58,093 bases of DNA from Candidatus Buchananbacteria bacterium (GTDB taxonomy: Bacteria > Patescibacteriota > Patescibacteriia > 2-01-FULL-39-33): positions 1-58,093 of the forward strand of contig CAISTG010000060.1 in assembly GCA_903888345.1 (NCBI GenBank), read 5' to 3'. Shown here one piece after another: positions 35,001-44,660 of this stretch. The notes under the pieces are model-generated. The model was not told the DNA's origin, did no database searches, and saw nothing but the letters and a program-made list of their open reading frames with translations. The translations under genes were made by a program, and so were the position numbers. Each line of letters starts with the position of its first letter. Positions within the stretch are counted from its first letter, which is position 1.

Positions 35001-37190
35001 ATGTCAAATAAATTGCTCATCGTCGAGTCTCCGGCCAAGGCCAAGACCATCAAGAAATACCTTAATAATGAATACGAAGTTAAGGCTTCGGTTGGTCACA
35101 TTCGTGATTTACCTAAATCTAATAAAGGCGCGATTGATATCGAAGCTGGTTTTGTGCCGCATTACGAAATCTCTCCCGGCAAAGAAAAGGTAGTCGCTGA
35201 ATTACGCGCCTTAGCTAAAGACGCTGATGAAGTACTGCTGGCAACCGATCCTGACCGCGAAGGTGAAGCGATTGCATGGCATATCAAAGAAGCGATCGGA
35301 CTAAAGCATCCGAAACGCGTGGCTTTTCATGAAATTACCAAGGAGGCCGTCATCGAAGCGATGAAGCACCCGCGGGACATTGATGAAAATTTAAAAGAAG
35401 CCCAAGAGGCTCGTCGCGTTTTGGACCGTATTTTCGGTTATGACTTAAGCGGTTTACTCTGGAAAAAATTACGTTACGGCTTGTCCGCCGGCCGGGTTCA
35501 ATCTCCCGCTCTAAGAATTCTCGTCGAACGTGAAAAAGAAATCCGCGCCTTTATTCCAGAAAAATATTATATTATTGAAGCGGATTTTGAAACTCCTAAT
35601 AAAGAACCAATCAAATTCCATTGCCAAGAAGAAGTTAAGGACGGCGATCGAGCGACCGCCATTGTTAAGGCTGCTCCAAAAGCCGATTGGAAAGTCGGTT
35701 CAGTGGACGTTAGCGAAGGCACCAAACGCGCCAAAGCGCCGTTTATTACTTCGACTTTACAACAAGCCGCTTCTTCCCGTTTGGGTTACTCCCCGTCTAT
35801 CACGATGCGTTTAGCCCAGAAACTCTATGAAGCCGGACACATTACCTATATGCGTACCGACTCTACTAACTTGTCGGGCCAAGCCATGAAGGAAATCAAT
35901 ACTTATATTATTGATAACTTTGGTAAGAATTACGCCAAGCCCCAAAAGTTTTTAACTAAATCCAAAAATGCGCAAGAAGCTCATGAGGCCATTCGCCCTT
36001 CTCATATCTCACTTAAAGATGCTGGCGCTACTCCGCAAGAAAAGAAACTCTATAATTTAATTTGGCGCCGCACCGTCGCCTGTCAGATGGCCGATGCTAA
36101 ACTCAACAAAACCAAAGTCATTGCTGTTAGTTCTGATTCAACCTTGCCAGAGTTCGGTGTTAATGGTTCCTTTATCACTTTTGACGGTTGGTTAAAAGTT
36201 GATCCTAAGGCCGCTGGCGAAGAAACTTTACTGCCAAAATTAATCGCTGACGAAGTACTCAAATTATTTGGCATTCAAGATACAGAAAAAGAAACTGAAC
36301 CACCACACCGCTATAGTGAAGCTGGTCTAGTTAAGGAATTAGAAAAACGTGGTATTGGCCGTCCATCTACTTATGCCGCGATTATCAGCACTATTGTCAA
36401 ACGCGGTTATGTCGAGAAAGAAAATAAATCCTTAAAGCCAACGGATACTGGTGAAGTTGTCGATCAATTCTTAGAAGATAACTTTGGCGAATACATTTCT
36501 GATACCTATACTGCTCAACTTGAAGATGAATTGGACGAAGTCGCCAAGGGAAAATTAACTTACCTAAAATTATTGACTGATTTCTACAAGCCGTTTGAAA
36601 AAGATATCAAGAGCAAAAAAGATATCGAAAAAATTTCAAACTTGGGCGATGCTCCCGAAAATCTCAAATGTCCCGAATGTGGTGCGAGCATGATTATTAA
36701 ATTAGGTCGCGGTGGTAAATTCTATTCTTGCTCTCGCTTTCCTGATTGTAATGGCGCGATGGCACTTGACGGCAAAGTCTTAGCCGCACCAGTTTCCACT
36801 GGCGAGAAGTGTCCGAAGTGCGGCAAGGGTGATTTAATTGAACGGGATGGTAAGTACGGCAAGTTCATCGCCTGTTCTAACTATCCGAAATGTAAGTTCA
36901 TCAAAAAAGATGAGGCCGCCGAAGCCGAGCGCATGAAAGCGAATGACACTGGTGTCCAGTGTACCGAATGCAAAAAAGGCACCATGGTAGAAAAGCGCGG
37001 ACGCTTCGGTGTTTTCTATGGCTGTTCTAATTATCCGGATTGCAAAAACATCATTAAAACCAAACCGACCGGCAAACTCTGCCCAATGTGTGGCAAACTA
37101 ATGATGGAAGGCACCAAAACTATCCCCGAAAGATGCTCTGATAAAACCTGTCCAAATCACAACCCACAAAAGTTAAACCCAGTTAAATAA
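35001..37190 (+). CDS. topA: DNA topoisomerase I
   Basis: TOPRIM N-terminus (LLIVESPAKAKTIKKYL), active-site Tyr context (GHITYMRTDS) and four C-terminal Cys4 zinc ribbons (CPECG..CSRFPDC, CPKCG..CSNYPKC, CTECK..CSNYPDC, CPMCG). Confidence 0.95.
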   Translation: MSNKLLIVESPAKAKTIKKYLNNEYEVKASVGHIRDLPKSNKGAIDIEAGFVPHYEISPGKEKVVAELRALAKDADEVLLATDPDREGEAIAWHIKEAIGLKHPKRVAFHEITKEAVIEAMKHPRDIDENLKEAQEARRVLDRIFGYDLSGLLWKKLRYGLSAGRVQSPALRILVEREKEIRAFIPEKYYIIEADFETPNKEPIKFHCQEEVKDGDRATAIVKAAPKADWKVGSVDVSEGTKRAKAPFITSTLQQAASSRLGYSPSITMRLAQKLYEAGHITYMRTDSTNLSGQAMKEINTYIIDNFGKNYAKPQKFLTKSKNAQEAHEAIRPSHISLKDAGATPQEKKLYNLIWRRTVACQMADAKLNKTKVIAVSSDSTLPEFGVNGSFITFDGWLKVDPKAAGEETLLPKLIADEVLKLFGIQDTEKETEPPHRYSEAGLVKELEKRGIGRPSTYAAIISTIVKRGYVEKENKSLKPTDTGEVVDQFLEDNFGEYISDTYTAQLEDELDEVAKGKLTYLKLLTDFYKPFEKDIKSKKDIEKISNLGDAPENLKCPECGASMIIKLGRGGKFYSCSRFPDCNGAMALDGKVLAAPVSTGEKCPKCGKGDLIERDGKYGKFIACSNYPKCKFIKKDEAAEAERMKANDTGVQCTECKKGTMVEKRGRFGVFYGCSNYPDCKNIIKTKPTGKLCPMCGKLMMEGTKTIPERCSDKTCPNHNPQKLNPVK

Positions 37191-37300
37191 ACACTCATCC
37201 GTATTTATATATAATTGACGATCAGGCGCCTCGTAATCCATTAAGATATAGTCATTACGAAACGCTATTTAATAGGGTAAATAAATAGATTACAATAAAA

Positions 37301-37331
37301 AACTCCCACTCAATTGAGTGGGAGTTTTGTT
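37301..37331. terminator. bidirectional intrinsic terminator
   Basis: Perfect hairpin ACTCCCACTC-AATT-GAGTGGGAGT flanked by an A-run and a T-run. It lies between the convergent topA and the 37341 gene. Confidence 0.7.
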
Positions 37332-37340
37332 TATCAAAGT

Positions 37341-39128
37341 CTAATTTGTTATGGTCACACTATCGATGGGAAAATTAGATAAATATACTCCGCTTAAACC
37401 GGACACACTTGCATTATCATCATTCCATAAGAAGCTAGCGCCATTAGATAAACCCACGGTTACTGCTGCCGTACCTGCACTACCCAAAGAACCAGAAATC
37501 TCACCGTATAAGGACAATACCGTACTGCTGGCCTGTGAGACAGCATAACCACCATTAAAAATAAAATCTGCTATTTTACCGGACTGAGAAAATGACCCGG
37601 TAGCCACGGTTACGCCCTGATTGTTTTTTAGAACAAGTTTATTGACTAGGACGTTGGCCGAGGAATTGATAACGAAATCCATCTGATTTATTTTTATCGC
37701 TCCATTAGTTGAAACGTTAACCGAGGCTAATTTAACCGTACCATTATATAACCTATTGCTAACTGAATTCAAATTTATTATCGGTAAACTGGCCACCGGA
37801 AACATAGGAGCAGATACCGCAGAGGCAGCCTCAGGGACATAAGTAGCGACTCGCATGGTAGCGTCATGCCATTTTACGCTATCAAGCTGTAAATAATAAT
37901 ACTGCCCCGGTTTGATTCCTCCATTGCCAACAGCATTAATAGCAACTCCGACCGCAACATCTTTACCACCATAGCTGGCGGGCACAGTCAAGTTAAGTCC
38001 ACTAAATATAGCCTGATTGTTTACTACAGCAACAGTGCGACCATTAAAAGTAACTGAGGTAACCGGACTATCACCAAGACTAACTGAGGTGCCATGAATG
38101 CTAAAAGTAACCGCATCAATTGTTAGGCCTGATTTTTTTGTTAAAAAATTATAAGATATCAAATTATTTTGATTTGATTTTCCCAGTACATATTGACTCA
38201 GTAGTAATGTTGACTCTTGCCTTTTAACACTAATGTCAGCCACACAACTACCACTTGCACAACCATTAGCACAAGCTATTCCAGTCGATAAAACTTGACC
38301 ATTACTACAATAATATTCGGTTAACTGATTGGCATCAAAGCAAGAATCTTGGACATTAACACTAACTCCATTCATAAATCCCACCGTGGTTCCCTTAACA
38401 TAAGGGTCACTTGTGCCCGAAATATAGGGGAAGGTAGTTGAGCTCAAATCCGAATCAAAACAAACTGGGATAGGATTTTTAACACAAGCGCCACTCACAC
38501 AGCCATTCTTACAAAGATAGTTCCAACCACCAACCGCATATTTAGTGCTCGAAGTAATAACCGCTCCGGAAGAAGAAACTACTGGATAAGCAAAACGATC
38601 CATGACGCGGCAACGCTTATCAGTCGGCGCACAAGAAGCAACGGCAGAAGAGCCGACGTATCCTAGCGAACCATAAATATCAATATAACACTGATCTTTC
38701 AAGGCAACATATTTTGTCGCATCCTGACAACGGGCAGTACTAGCAGTAAAAGGATCAAATTTAATTAAATTATTTGTCGACGTCCCGTAAGCCGCCACAA
38801 AACCAGCTGACGGATAAATTTGAGAGTAATCTAAAGTAACGGCGGCACTGTCACCATCAGTACATTGCGACCAATCAAACAAGATCGGCGGATTATTTTG
38901 ACCTGACAGATTAATGATGCCAGCAGCCATTGAGGTACCAAAAGCACCCAATAAAACAACGCAGCAAATCATGAGGGTCGCTAAAACGATTTGGTTTTCA
39001 GTACGAACCAAAGTAGGGGTCGCCAACTGTACTGGCCGCGGTGCTAAGGGCACGCTAACAGGATCACTGAAAGAGCGAGTCGCTCTGGGTTTAATCCCAC
39101 TGACTCGGGCGGGAGTTTTACGGGGCAT
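37341..39128 (-). CDS. membrane-anchored or secreted cysteine-rich surface protein with a beta-rich C-terminal half
   Basis: Basic cytoplasmic N-terminus and a TM helix (IVLATLMICCVVLLGAFGTSMAAG). Repeated Cys modules end in C-x-NGC-x-SG-x-CV (LCKNGCVSGACV, IACANGCASGSCV). The C-terminal part is S/T/V/N-rich and Ig-like. Confidence 0.75.
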   Translation of the reverse strand: MPRKTPARVSGIKPRATRSFSDPVSVPLAPRPVQLATPTLVRTENQIVLATLMICCVVLLGAFGTSMAAGIINLSGQNNPPILFDWSQCTDGDSAAVTLDYSQIYPSAGFVAAYGTSTNNLIKFDPFTASTARCQDATKYVALKDQCYIDIYGSLGYVGSSAVASCAPTDKRCRVMDRFAYPVVSSSGAVITSSTKYAVGGWNYLCKNGCVSGACVKNPIPVCFDSDLSSTTFPYISGTSDPYVKGTTVGFMNGVSVNVQDSCFDANQLTEYYCSNGQVLSTGIACANGCASGSCVADISVKRQESTLLLSQYVLGKSNQNNLISYNFLTKKSGLTIDAVTFSIHGTSVSLGDSPVTSVTFNGRTVAVVNNQAIFSGLNLTVPASYGGKDVAVGVAINAVGNGGIKPGQYYYLQLDSVKWHDATMRVATYVPEAASAVSAPMFPVASLPIINLNSVSNRLYNGTVKLASVNVSTNGAIKINQMDFVINSSANVLVNKLVLKNNQGVTVATGSFSQSGKIADFIFNGGYAVSQASSTVLSLYGEISGSLGSAGTAAVTVGLSNGASFLWNDDNASVSGLSGVYLSNFPIDSVTITN

Positions 39129-39187
39129 AAAATTTGTTTTAATAATATTACAAAAAAATTAACGTTAGTATTAGTCGTGGACCACTC

Positions 39188-40114
39188 TTACATTACCCAT
39201 TCCGCCACCACCGCTTTAACATCGCGGGCGGAAACTTTTAACTTTGTCGCTGGTGCCTTGAGATTACTTAATCGCACTCGACTACAAGCCTCATCAATAG
39301 CATCAATGGCTTTGTCGGGATAAGATTTGTTTTTTACATTCTTGGTGCCAGTGATTGCCATCTTAAGAGCCGAATCATCCACAATGACATTGTGATATTG
39401 TTCATAAACCGGCTTAATGCCCCGTAAAATCATTTCTGTCTGCTCATTATTAGGCTCAGCAACAAACACTGGTTGCAATCTTCTATCTAAAGTCTTGTCC
39501 TGTTTAATATATTTCAAGTATTCTTCTTTGGTGGTAGCACCAACAACTTGCAACTCACCACGAGCCAACAGCGGCTTCAAAATATCCGCAGCATTAATTG
39601 CTCCTTCCGCCTGTCCCGCCTCCGCCAAGATATGAATTTCATCAATAAATAAAATGATACTACGTTTGGCAGCTAAGATTTCATCAACTACCTTCTTCAA
39701 ACGCTGTTCAAACTCGCCCCGATACTTGGTGCCAGCTAGAATGCCAGCCAAATCCAACGCTAAAACGCGCTTCCCGTAAAGCGCACTCGAAACTTGCTTG
39801 GCGACGATACGTAAAGCTAAGCCCTCAGCAATAGCTGTTTTACCTACCCCTGGCGCTCCAACCAAAACCGGATTGTTCTTACCACGTCGTGATAAGATTT
39901 CGACAACGCGTGAGATTTCATGTTCTCTACCAATAACCGGATCAAGTTTTTTGTCTGTCGCTAGTTGGGTCAAATCACGAGCATACTTTAATAAGGTCGA
40001 GCTAGAAGAAACTCGCTCACCCGCCCCCTTGAACCAGCCGCCTTGTTTGTACATTGACCATAAAATTCCACCCAGCACAACAAGGATAACGACTAAAGAA
40101 AAATATTGGTTCAT
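39188..40114 (-). CDS. membrane-anchored single-domain AAA+ ATPase homologous to the D1 module of ClpA/ClpB/ClpC
   Basis: An N-terminal TM helix ([18 protein letters not shown]) is followed by the Clp D1 signature run: [75 protein letters not shown], and [11 protein letters not shown]. The ORF ends there, with no M-domain and no D2. Confidence 0.85.
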   Translation of the reverse strand: MNQYFSLVVILVVLGGILWSMYKQGGWFKGAGERVSSSSTLLKYARDLTQLATDKKLDPVIGREHEISRVVEILSRRGKNNPVLVGAPGVGKTAIAEGLALRIVAKQVSSALYGKRVLALDLAGILAGTKYRGEFEQRLKKVVDEILAAKRSIILFIDEIHILAEAGQAEGAINAADILKPLLARGELQVVGATTKEEYLKYIKQDKTLDRRLQPVFVAEPNNEQTEMILRGIKPVYEQYHNVIVDDSALKMAITGTKNVKNKSYPDKAIDAIDEACSRVRLSNLKAPATKLKVSARDVKAVVAEWVM

Positions 40115-40330
40115 AAACGATGTTTGTATAAATAACTAATTATATTATAGCACGTTTTATTAAAACATTAAATCAGTAAATATTTATCATAAATCATATA
40201 ACATGAATCATGTAAGAATATAACATGGAACTGAACCGTGCTCCATCTTCCATGTTTTGTTTTCTATGTTCTGTGTTTCCTGCCCCCAGTGGACGAAAAC
40301 CGAAATCTTCACTATAATACCTATACTCAT

Positions 40331-41797
40331 ATGTCAGACATCAATCCCCAACAAGAGTTCGAAAAACTCCTTACTACCATTAAAGACAACCAAATTGCTG
40401 GCGATTTGGAGTTATTGCGATTGGCTTATGATTTTGCTTTTGATGCCCATGCCGGCCAGGTTCGCGCTTCCGGTGAACCCTATATTATCCATCCCCTGGC
40501 CACCGCTCAGAAATTAGCGGAAATGAAGTTGGATATGCCAACGATTATGGCCGGACTACTACATGATGTACCGGAAGATACCAAAGTTACTCTCAAAGAA
40601 ATTGAAAAGAATTTCGGTGTGGAGATTGCCAAACTAGTCGAAGGCATTACCAAGTTAGGCAAACTGAAATATCGCGGCATGGAACGCTACGCCGAAAACT
40701 TACGTAAAATGTTTGTCGCGATGTCTGAAGATATTAGAGTGATCTTAATTAAGTTCGCTGATCGTTTACACAATTTAAAAACTTTAGACGTCCTGCCTCC
40801 AGATAAGCAATTCCGTATCGCTAAAGAAACTCTAGAGATCTACGCCCCGATTGCCGATCGTTTGGCGATCGGAAAAATTAAAGGTGAACTCGAAGACTTA
40901 GCTTTTCAATACGTCTATCCAGAAGATTACAAATGGATTACGACGATTATTCCGCGCGAATATAAAATCAAAGAAAAATATTTACAAGAAGTTAAAGATA
41001 AGGTCAAGAAAAAATTAGCCGAAGAAAATATCGTCATCGATGAAATTTCGGTTCAAGGACGAACAAAACATTTATACAGTTTATACAAAAAGCTATTACG
41101 GCCGCATATCAATCGTGACCTTAATAAAATTTACGACCTGATCGCCTTGCGTTTAATTGTGCCTACTGTTGTTGATTGCTATGGCGCCCTCGGCGTCTTG
41201 CATGGCATGTTTCGACCAATGCCGGGACGTATTAAGGACTACATTGCTAATCCGAAACCCAACGGCTACCAATCATTGCACACCACCGTCTTTACTGATG
41301 ATGGTGAAATTGTTGAATTCCAAATTCGTACTCGGGAAATGCATGATCAAGCGGAATTTGGTATCGCCGCTCACTGGAACTACAAGGAGACTGGCGGCAA
41401 AACTACGGCCAAGAATATTAAATGGCTCGAGGAATTAGTTAAATGGCAAAAACAAATCACGGATAACGACCAATTCTTACAAACAGTTAAATTGGATGTC
41501 TTCCAAAATCGAATTTTTGTCTTTACGCCCAAAGGCGATGTTATTGATTTGCCCGAAGGTGCCACGCCAATTGACTTTGCCTATCACGTCCACTCCTCGC
41601 TGGGTGATAAATGTGTTGGTGCTAGAGTCAACGAACAACTAGTCAATCTTGGACATCAACTGCAATCTGGTGATATCGTCGAAATTATCACCGACAAAAA
41701 TCGTAAAACACCGAATCCTGATTGGGTCGATACCGTTAAGACCTCGATGGCTAAGAGCAAAATTAGAGCCGCCATCAATAAAATTAAGTTAAAATAA
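40331..41797 (+). CDS. rel: bifunctional-type RelA/SpoT homologue (HD hydrolase, synthetase and TGS domains; no C-terminal ACT region)
   Basis: HD motif (LLHDVPEDT), synthetase motifs (YDLIALRLIV, GYQSLHTTV, EFQIRT) and a TGS domain (VFTPKGDVIDLPEGATPIDFAYHVHS). The start is placed at the ATG at 40331 (MSDINPQ) instead of the upstream GTG. Confidence 0.9.
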   Translation: MSDINPQQEFEKLLTTIKDNQIAGDLELLRLAYDFAFDAHAGQVRASGEPYIIHPLATAQKLAEMKLDMPTIMAGLLHDVPEDTKVTLKEIEKNFGVEIAKLVEGITKLGKLKYRGMERYAENLRKMFVAMSEDIRVILIKFADRLHNLKTLDVLPPDKQFRIAKETLEIYAPIADRLAIGKIKGELEDLAFQYVYPEDYKWITTIIPREYKIKEKYLQEVKDKVKKKLAEENIVIDEISVQGRTKHLYSLYKKLLRPHINRDLNKIYDLIALRLIVPTVVDCYGALGVLHGMFRPMPGRIKDYIANPKPNGYQSLHTTVFTDDGEIVEFQIRTREMHDQAEFGIAAHWNYKETGGKTTAKNIKWLEELVKWQKQITDNDQFLQTVKLDVFQNRIFVFTPKGDVIDLPEGATPIDFAYHVHSSLGDKCVGARVNEQLVNLGHQLQSGDIVEIITDKNRKTPNPDWVDTVKTSMAKSKIRAAINKIKLK

Positions 41798-41800
41798 AAA

Positions 41801-41826
41801 ACGATTCGCCGCGGCGAATCGTTTTT
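41801..41826. terminator. bidirectional intrinsic terminator
   Basis: ACGATTCGCCGCGGCGAATCGT hairpin flanked by an A-run and a T-run, between the convergent rel and the 41837 ORF. Confidence 0.7.
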
Positions 41827-41836
41827 AAAAGTTCAA

Positions 41837-42049
41837 TTATGGCATAAAATACGAATCGGGAGTTGTCAGTAGAGCATCAGGAAGCTGAAGATCATTGGGT
41901 ATTTCCACGCCAGCAGTGTTAATGTTCTCAATCACGCAAGAAGCCATAGCACCCTGCCATAAAGCTCGAGTTACTAATTCGGATAATTCCCTTTTGGTCA
42001 ACTTTACTTTCTGCTGTCGCAATCCATCGTTAGCAGTGACCTCAAACAT
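41837..42049 (-). CDS. hypothetical small protein downstream of parB
   Basis: 70-aa ORF on the same strand, 33 nt after parB and followed by a terminator. No motif recognised. Confidence 0.4.
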   Translation of the reverse strand: MFEVTANDGLRQQKVKLTKRELSELVTRALWQGAMASCVIENINTAGVEIPNDLQLPDALLTTPDSYFMP

Positions 42050-42082
42050 GGCAATATCTCCTATTGGTTGTTTAAAATTTTC

Positions 42083-42979
42083 TTAGGTAATCTTCCTTAA
42101 AATCTCGTGTAGCTCCTCATTACTAAAGAACTTAATGGTAATTTGACCAGACCCACCATGGCGGCGAATTTCTACTTTAGTGCCTAAAGCCGCTGCGACC
42201 TCATTTTCCATATCTTTTATTTCGGGATCAAACTTTACATTACGCAGATGCTTTTTGACCACAACTTCCTTAGACGCCTTCTCTGCTTCACGCACCGATA
42301 ATTTACCTTCAATAATGCGTCTCATGCCTTCGAGTTGGTCCTCGATTGGCAAGCCTGCCAAAGTTCGCGCATGACCTTCCGACAATTTACCTTCCATGAT
42401 GGCCTTTTTCACTTCATCGCGCAAAGTCAGTAAGCGGATAAAATTATTAACCGCCGAAAAACTTTTGCCGACTTTTTTGGCCAGCTCCTGACGTGATAAA
42501 TTAAATTCATCCTCCAATTTCTTGTAAGCCATCGCGACTTCGAGCGCATTTAAATCCTCACGCTGTAAATTTTCAATCAGCGCTAATTCCATTTTCTTTT
42601 GTTCATCAAAATCACGAACAATAGCGCTAATAGTTTTAAAGCCGGCCAACTTCGCCGCTTTTAAACGGCGTTCTCCTGCAATCAACTCATAAACGTCAGC
42701 TGATTTTTTGCTCACCACAATCGGTTGAATTAAACCATGCTCTTTGAGGGAGTCGGCTAATTCATTTAGAGCTTCTTCAGCAAAAACTTGGCGTGGTTGA
42801 TGTGGGCTCGACATGACTTTACCAACCGGCAACTGCACAATCCGTTCATCAGTATCTAAAACATCATGCAAAGGACTAGATTCGGGGATTTGAATACTAG
42901 TCGACATGACGTCACTAGGTTTTTTATTAGGGATTAAAGAGCTAAGGCCTCTGCCCAAGCCCGAAGGTCGAGATGACAT
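42083..42979 (-). CDS. parB: chromosome partitioning protein ParB/Spo0J
   Basis: ParB box (LIQPIVV, ELIAGERRLKAAKLAG) and an HTH region (LSRQELAKKVGKSFSAVNNFIRLL). Confidence 0.92.
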   Translation of the reverse strand: MSSRPSGLGRGLSSLIPNKKPSDVMSTSIQIPESSPLHDVLDTDERIVQLPVGKVMSSPHQPRQVFAEEALNELADSLKEHGLIQPIVVSKKSADVYELIAGERRLKAAKLAGFKTISAIVRDFDEQKKMELALIENLQREDLNALEVAMAYKKLEDEFNLSRQELAKKVGKSFSAVNNFIRLLTLRDEVKKAIMEGKLSEGHARTLAGLPIEDQLEGMRRIIEGKLSVREAEKASKEVVVKKHLRNVKFDPEIKDMENEVAAALGTKVEIRRHGGSGQITIKFFSNEELHEILRKIT

Positions 42980-43033
42980 ATGATAAGTCTAAAGTTTAAA
43001 GTTAAAAGTGTTTAAAGTGGACAAAGAAGAAGT

Positions 43034-43813
43034 TTAGAACTTTGCCTGGTCGTTATCAGTTAAATATACAAACTCTCTGGCTAAGCGTTCATAAGCTTTG
43101 GCACCACGAGAATTTGGATCATAGTTTAAAATTGATTGACCGTGACTTGGCGCTTCGGATAATCTAACACTACGTGGAATAACTGAGCGGAAAATTTTAT
43201 TAGGAAAATAATTATATAATTCTTTGAGAACATCATTGGCTAAACGATAACGACTATCATACATTGTTAGTACTACTCCCAAAACATCGAGTTCTGGTTT
43301 CAAGTTTTCTTTAATTAAATTAATAGTCTCAATCAGCTGCCCCAACCCTTCTAAGGCAAAATATTCGGCCTGAACTGGAATTAAAATTTGATCAGCAGCA
43401 GTCAAGCCATTTAAAGTCAGCAAACCTAAGGAGGGTGGATTATCAATTAATATGAAATCATAATCATTTTTGATATCAAGCAAATTATCATACAGCCGAA
43501 ACTCCCGGCGATCCATATTAACGAATTCTACATTGGCTCCTGATAGTGCGGTGGTCGAGGGCGCTAAATGAAAACCTTCGTGACCCGTCTCCACTTTAAC
43601 GTCATGAAAGGAATGCGGACCAGTCAAAACTTCATAAACACCGCGCTCCAAATTCTTATCAATACCTAAGCCCGAAGTGGCATTGGATTGCGGATCGAGG
43701 TCAATCAAAAGAACCGACTTGCCAAGTTTGGCTAAGTAGGCTGCTAAATTGATCGAGGTAGTGGTTTTGCCCACACCCCCTTTTTGATTAACGATTGATA
43801 TAACTCTTCCCAT
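43034..43813 (-). CDS. parA: chromosome partitioning ATPase ParA/Soj
   Basis: Deviant Walker A (NQKGGVGKTTTSINLA), DLDPQ, and DFILIDNPPSL. The start is placed at the ATG at 43813 (MGRVISIV). Confidence 0.93.
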   Translation of the reverse strand: MGRVISIVNQKGGVGKTTTSINLAAYLAKLGKSVLLIDLDPQSNATSGLGIDKNLERGVYEVLTGPHSFHDVKVETGHEGFHLAPSTTALSGANVEFVNMDRREFRLYDNLLDIKNDYDFILIDNPPSLGLLTLNGLTAADQILIPVQAEYFALEGLGQLIETINLIKENLKPELDVLGVVLTMYDSRYRLANDVLKELYNYFPNKIFRSVIPRSVRLSEAPSHGQSILNYDPNSRGAKAYERLAREFVYLTDNDQAKF

Positions 43814-43888
43814 AACAAGGATATTATAGCATAAAGCGCTGGCCAAGGCAAAGCTAATACTTATCCCAAACTCGGTACCAATCCGAGG

Positions 43889-43917
43889 TTGACAAAAATT
43901 GTGTTTTAATATAAAAT
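43889..43917 (+). promoter_or_regulatory. sigma70-type promoter candidate for the tRNA cluster
   Basis: TTGACA at 43889-43894, a 17-nt spacer and TAAAAT at 43912-43917, about 20 nt before tRNA-Leu. Confidence 0.5.
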
Positions 43918-43937
43918 AAGTATACCGATTTATTTAT

Positions 43938-44020
43938 GCCCGAGTGGCGGAACTGGTAGACGCGCACGACTCAAAATCGTGTAGGTACCCCCTGTGAGAG
44001 TTCGATTCTCTCCTCGGGCA
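43938..44020 (+). tRNA. tRNA-Leu (CAA), class II, CCA not encoded
   Basis: GCCCGAGTGGCGGAACTGGTAGACGCGCACGACTCAAAATCGTG...GAGAGTTCGATTCTCTCCTCGGGCA, with a long variable arm. Confidence 0.9.
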
Positions 44021-44035
44021 TATAAAATTTATTAT

Positions 44036-44109
44036 CGCGGGGTAGAGCAGTCTGGCAGCTCGCCTGGCTCATAACCAGGAGGTCATTGGTTCGAATCCAA
44101 TCCCCGCAA
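44036..44109 (+). tRNA. tRNA-Met (CAT), initiator-like
   Basis: Cloverleaf CGCGGGG TA GAGC ... GCTC G CCTGG CTCATAA CCAGG ... CCCCGCA A. The C1xA72 mismatch and the A11:U24 pair are initiator hallmarks. Only two of the three canonical G:C pairs next to the anticodon loop are present. Confidence 0.8.
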
Positions 44110-44116
44110 CATATAA

Positions 44117-44193
44117 GCTAGTCTCTAAAGTCAAAAGCCCATCAAGTCAATAAAGTTTTTCTTTTGAGACCAACATGACTTTTGACTTTTAGC
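44117..44193. repeat. AAAGTC/GACTTT hairpin spacer
   Basis: GCTAGTCTCTAAAGTCAAAAG ... CTTTTGACTTTTAGC inverted repeat between two tRNA genes. Confidence 0.7.
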
Positions 44194-44209
44194 TTTAAAA
44201 ATTTAATTT

Positions 44210-44284
<75 letters not shown>

Positions 44285-44339
44285 GATTTTTTTTGGACTT
44301 TCAAATCAACGATCAGAAAAACCAACAGGAGCAGCTATC

Positions 44340-44660
44340 ATGAAAATACAGGAATTAGTGACTAATGTTATTGGTTATCTTGTTTCTAGCAACGACGAAC
44401 GCGTTGTGACTTTTGTGCGGGGCGAACATATGTTTGTTTCTGGCACCTATAATAGCGAACCGGAAACGCAATTTCTGCAACTCGTTGAACTACCCGCGCC
44501 GGTGGCACCAGGAACCATTGTATCACAAGAGCAATATGAACGATCCATGCCACTAATCAGAATCGAATTCAATGATCTCGGTTCATTAGAGGCACTAGAA
44601 CGGGCCATTGCCGTGATAAGGAAAAGACTCACTCCAGCTACTGAAGCCACTGAACCATGA
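44340..44660 (+). CDS. hypothetical protein
   Basis: 106-aa ORF after the tRNA cluster. Its stop overlaps the start of the next ORF (ATGA). No motif recognised. Confidence 0.5.
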   Translation: MKIQELVTNVIGYLVSSNDERVVTFVRGEHMFVSGTYNSEPETQFLQLVELPAPVAPGTIVSQEQYERSMPLIRIEFNDLGSLEALERAIAVIRKRLTPATEATEP

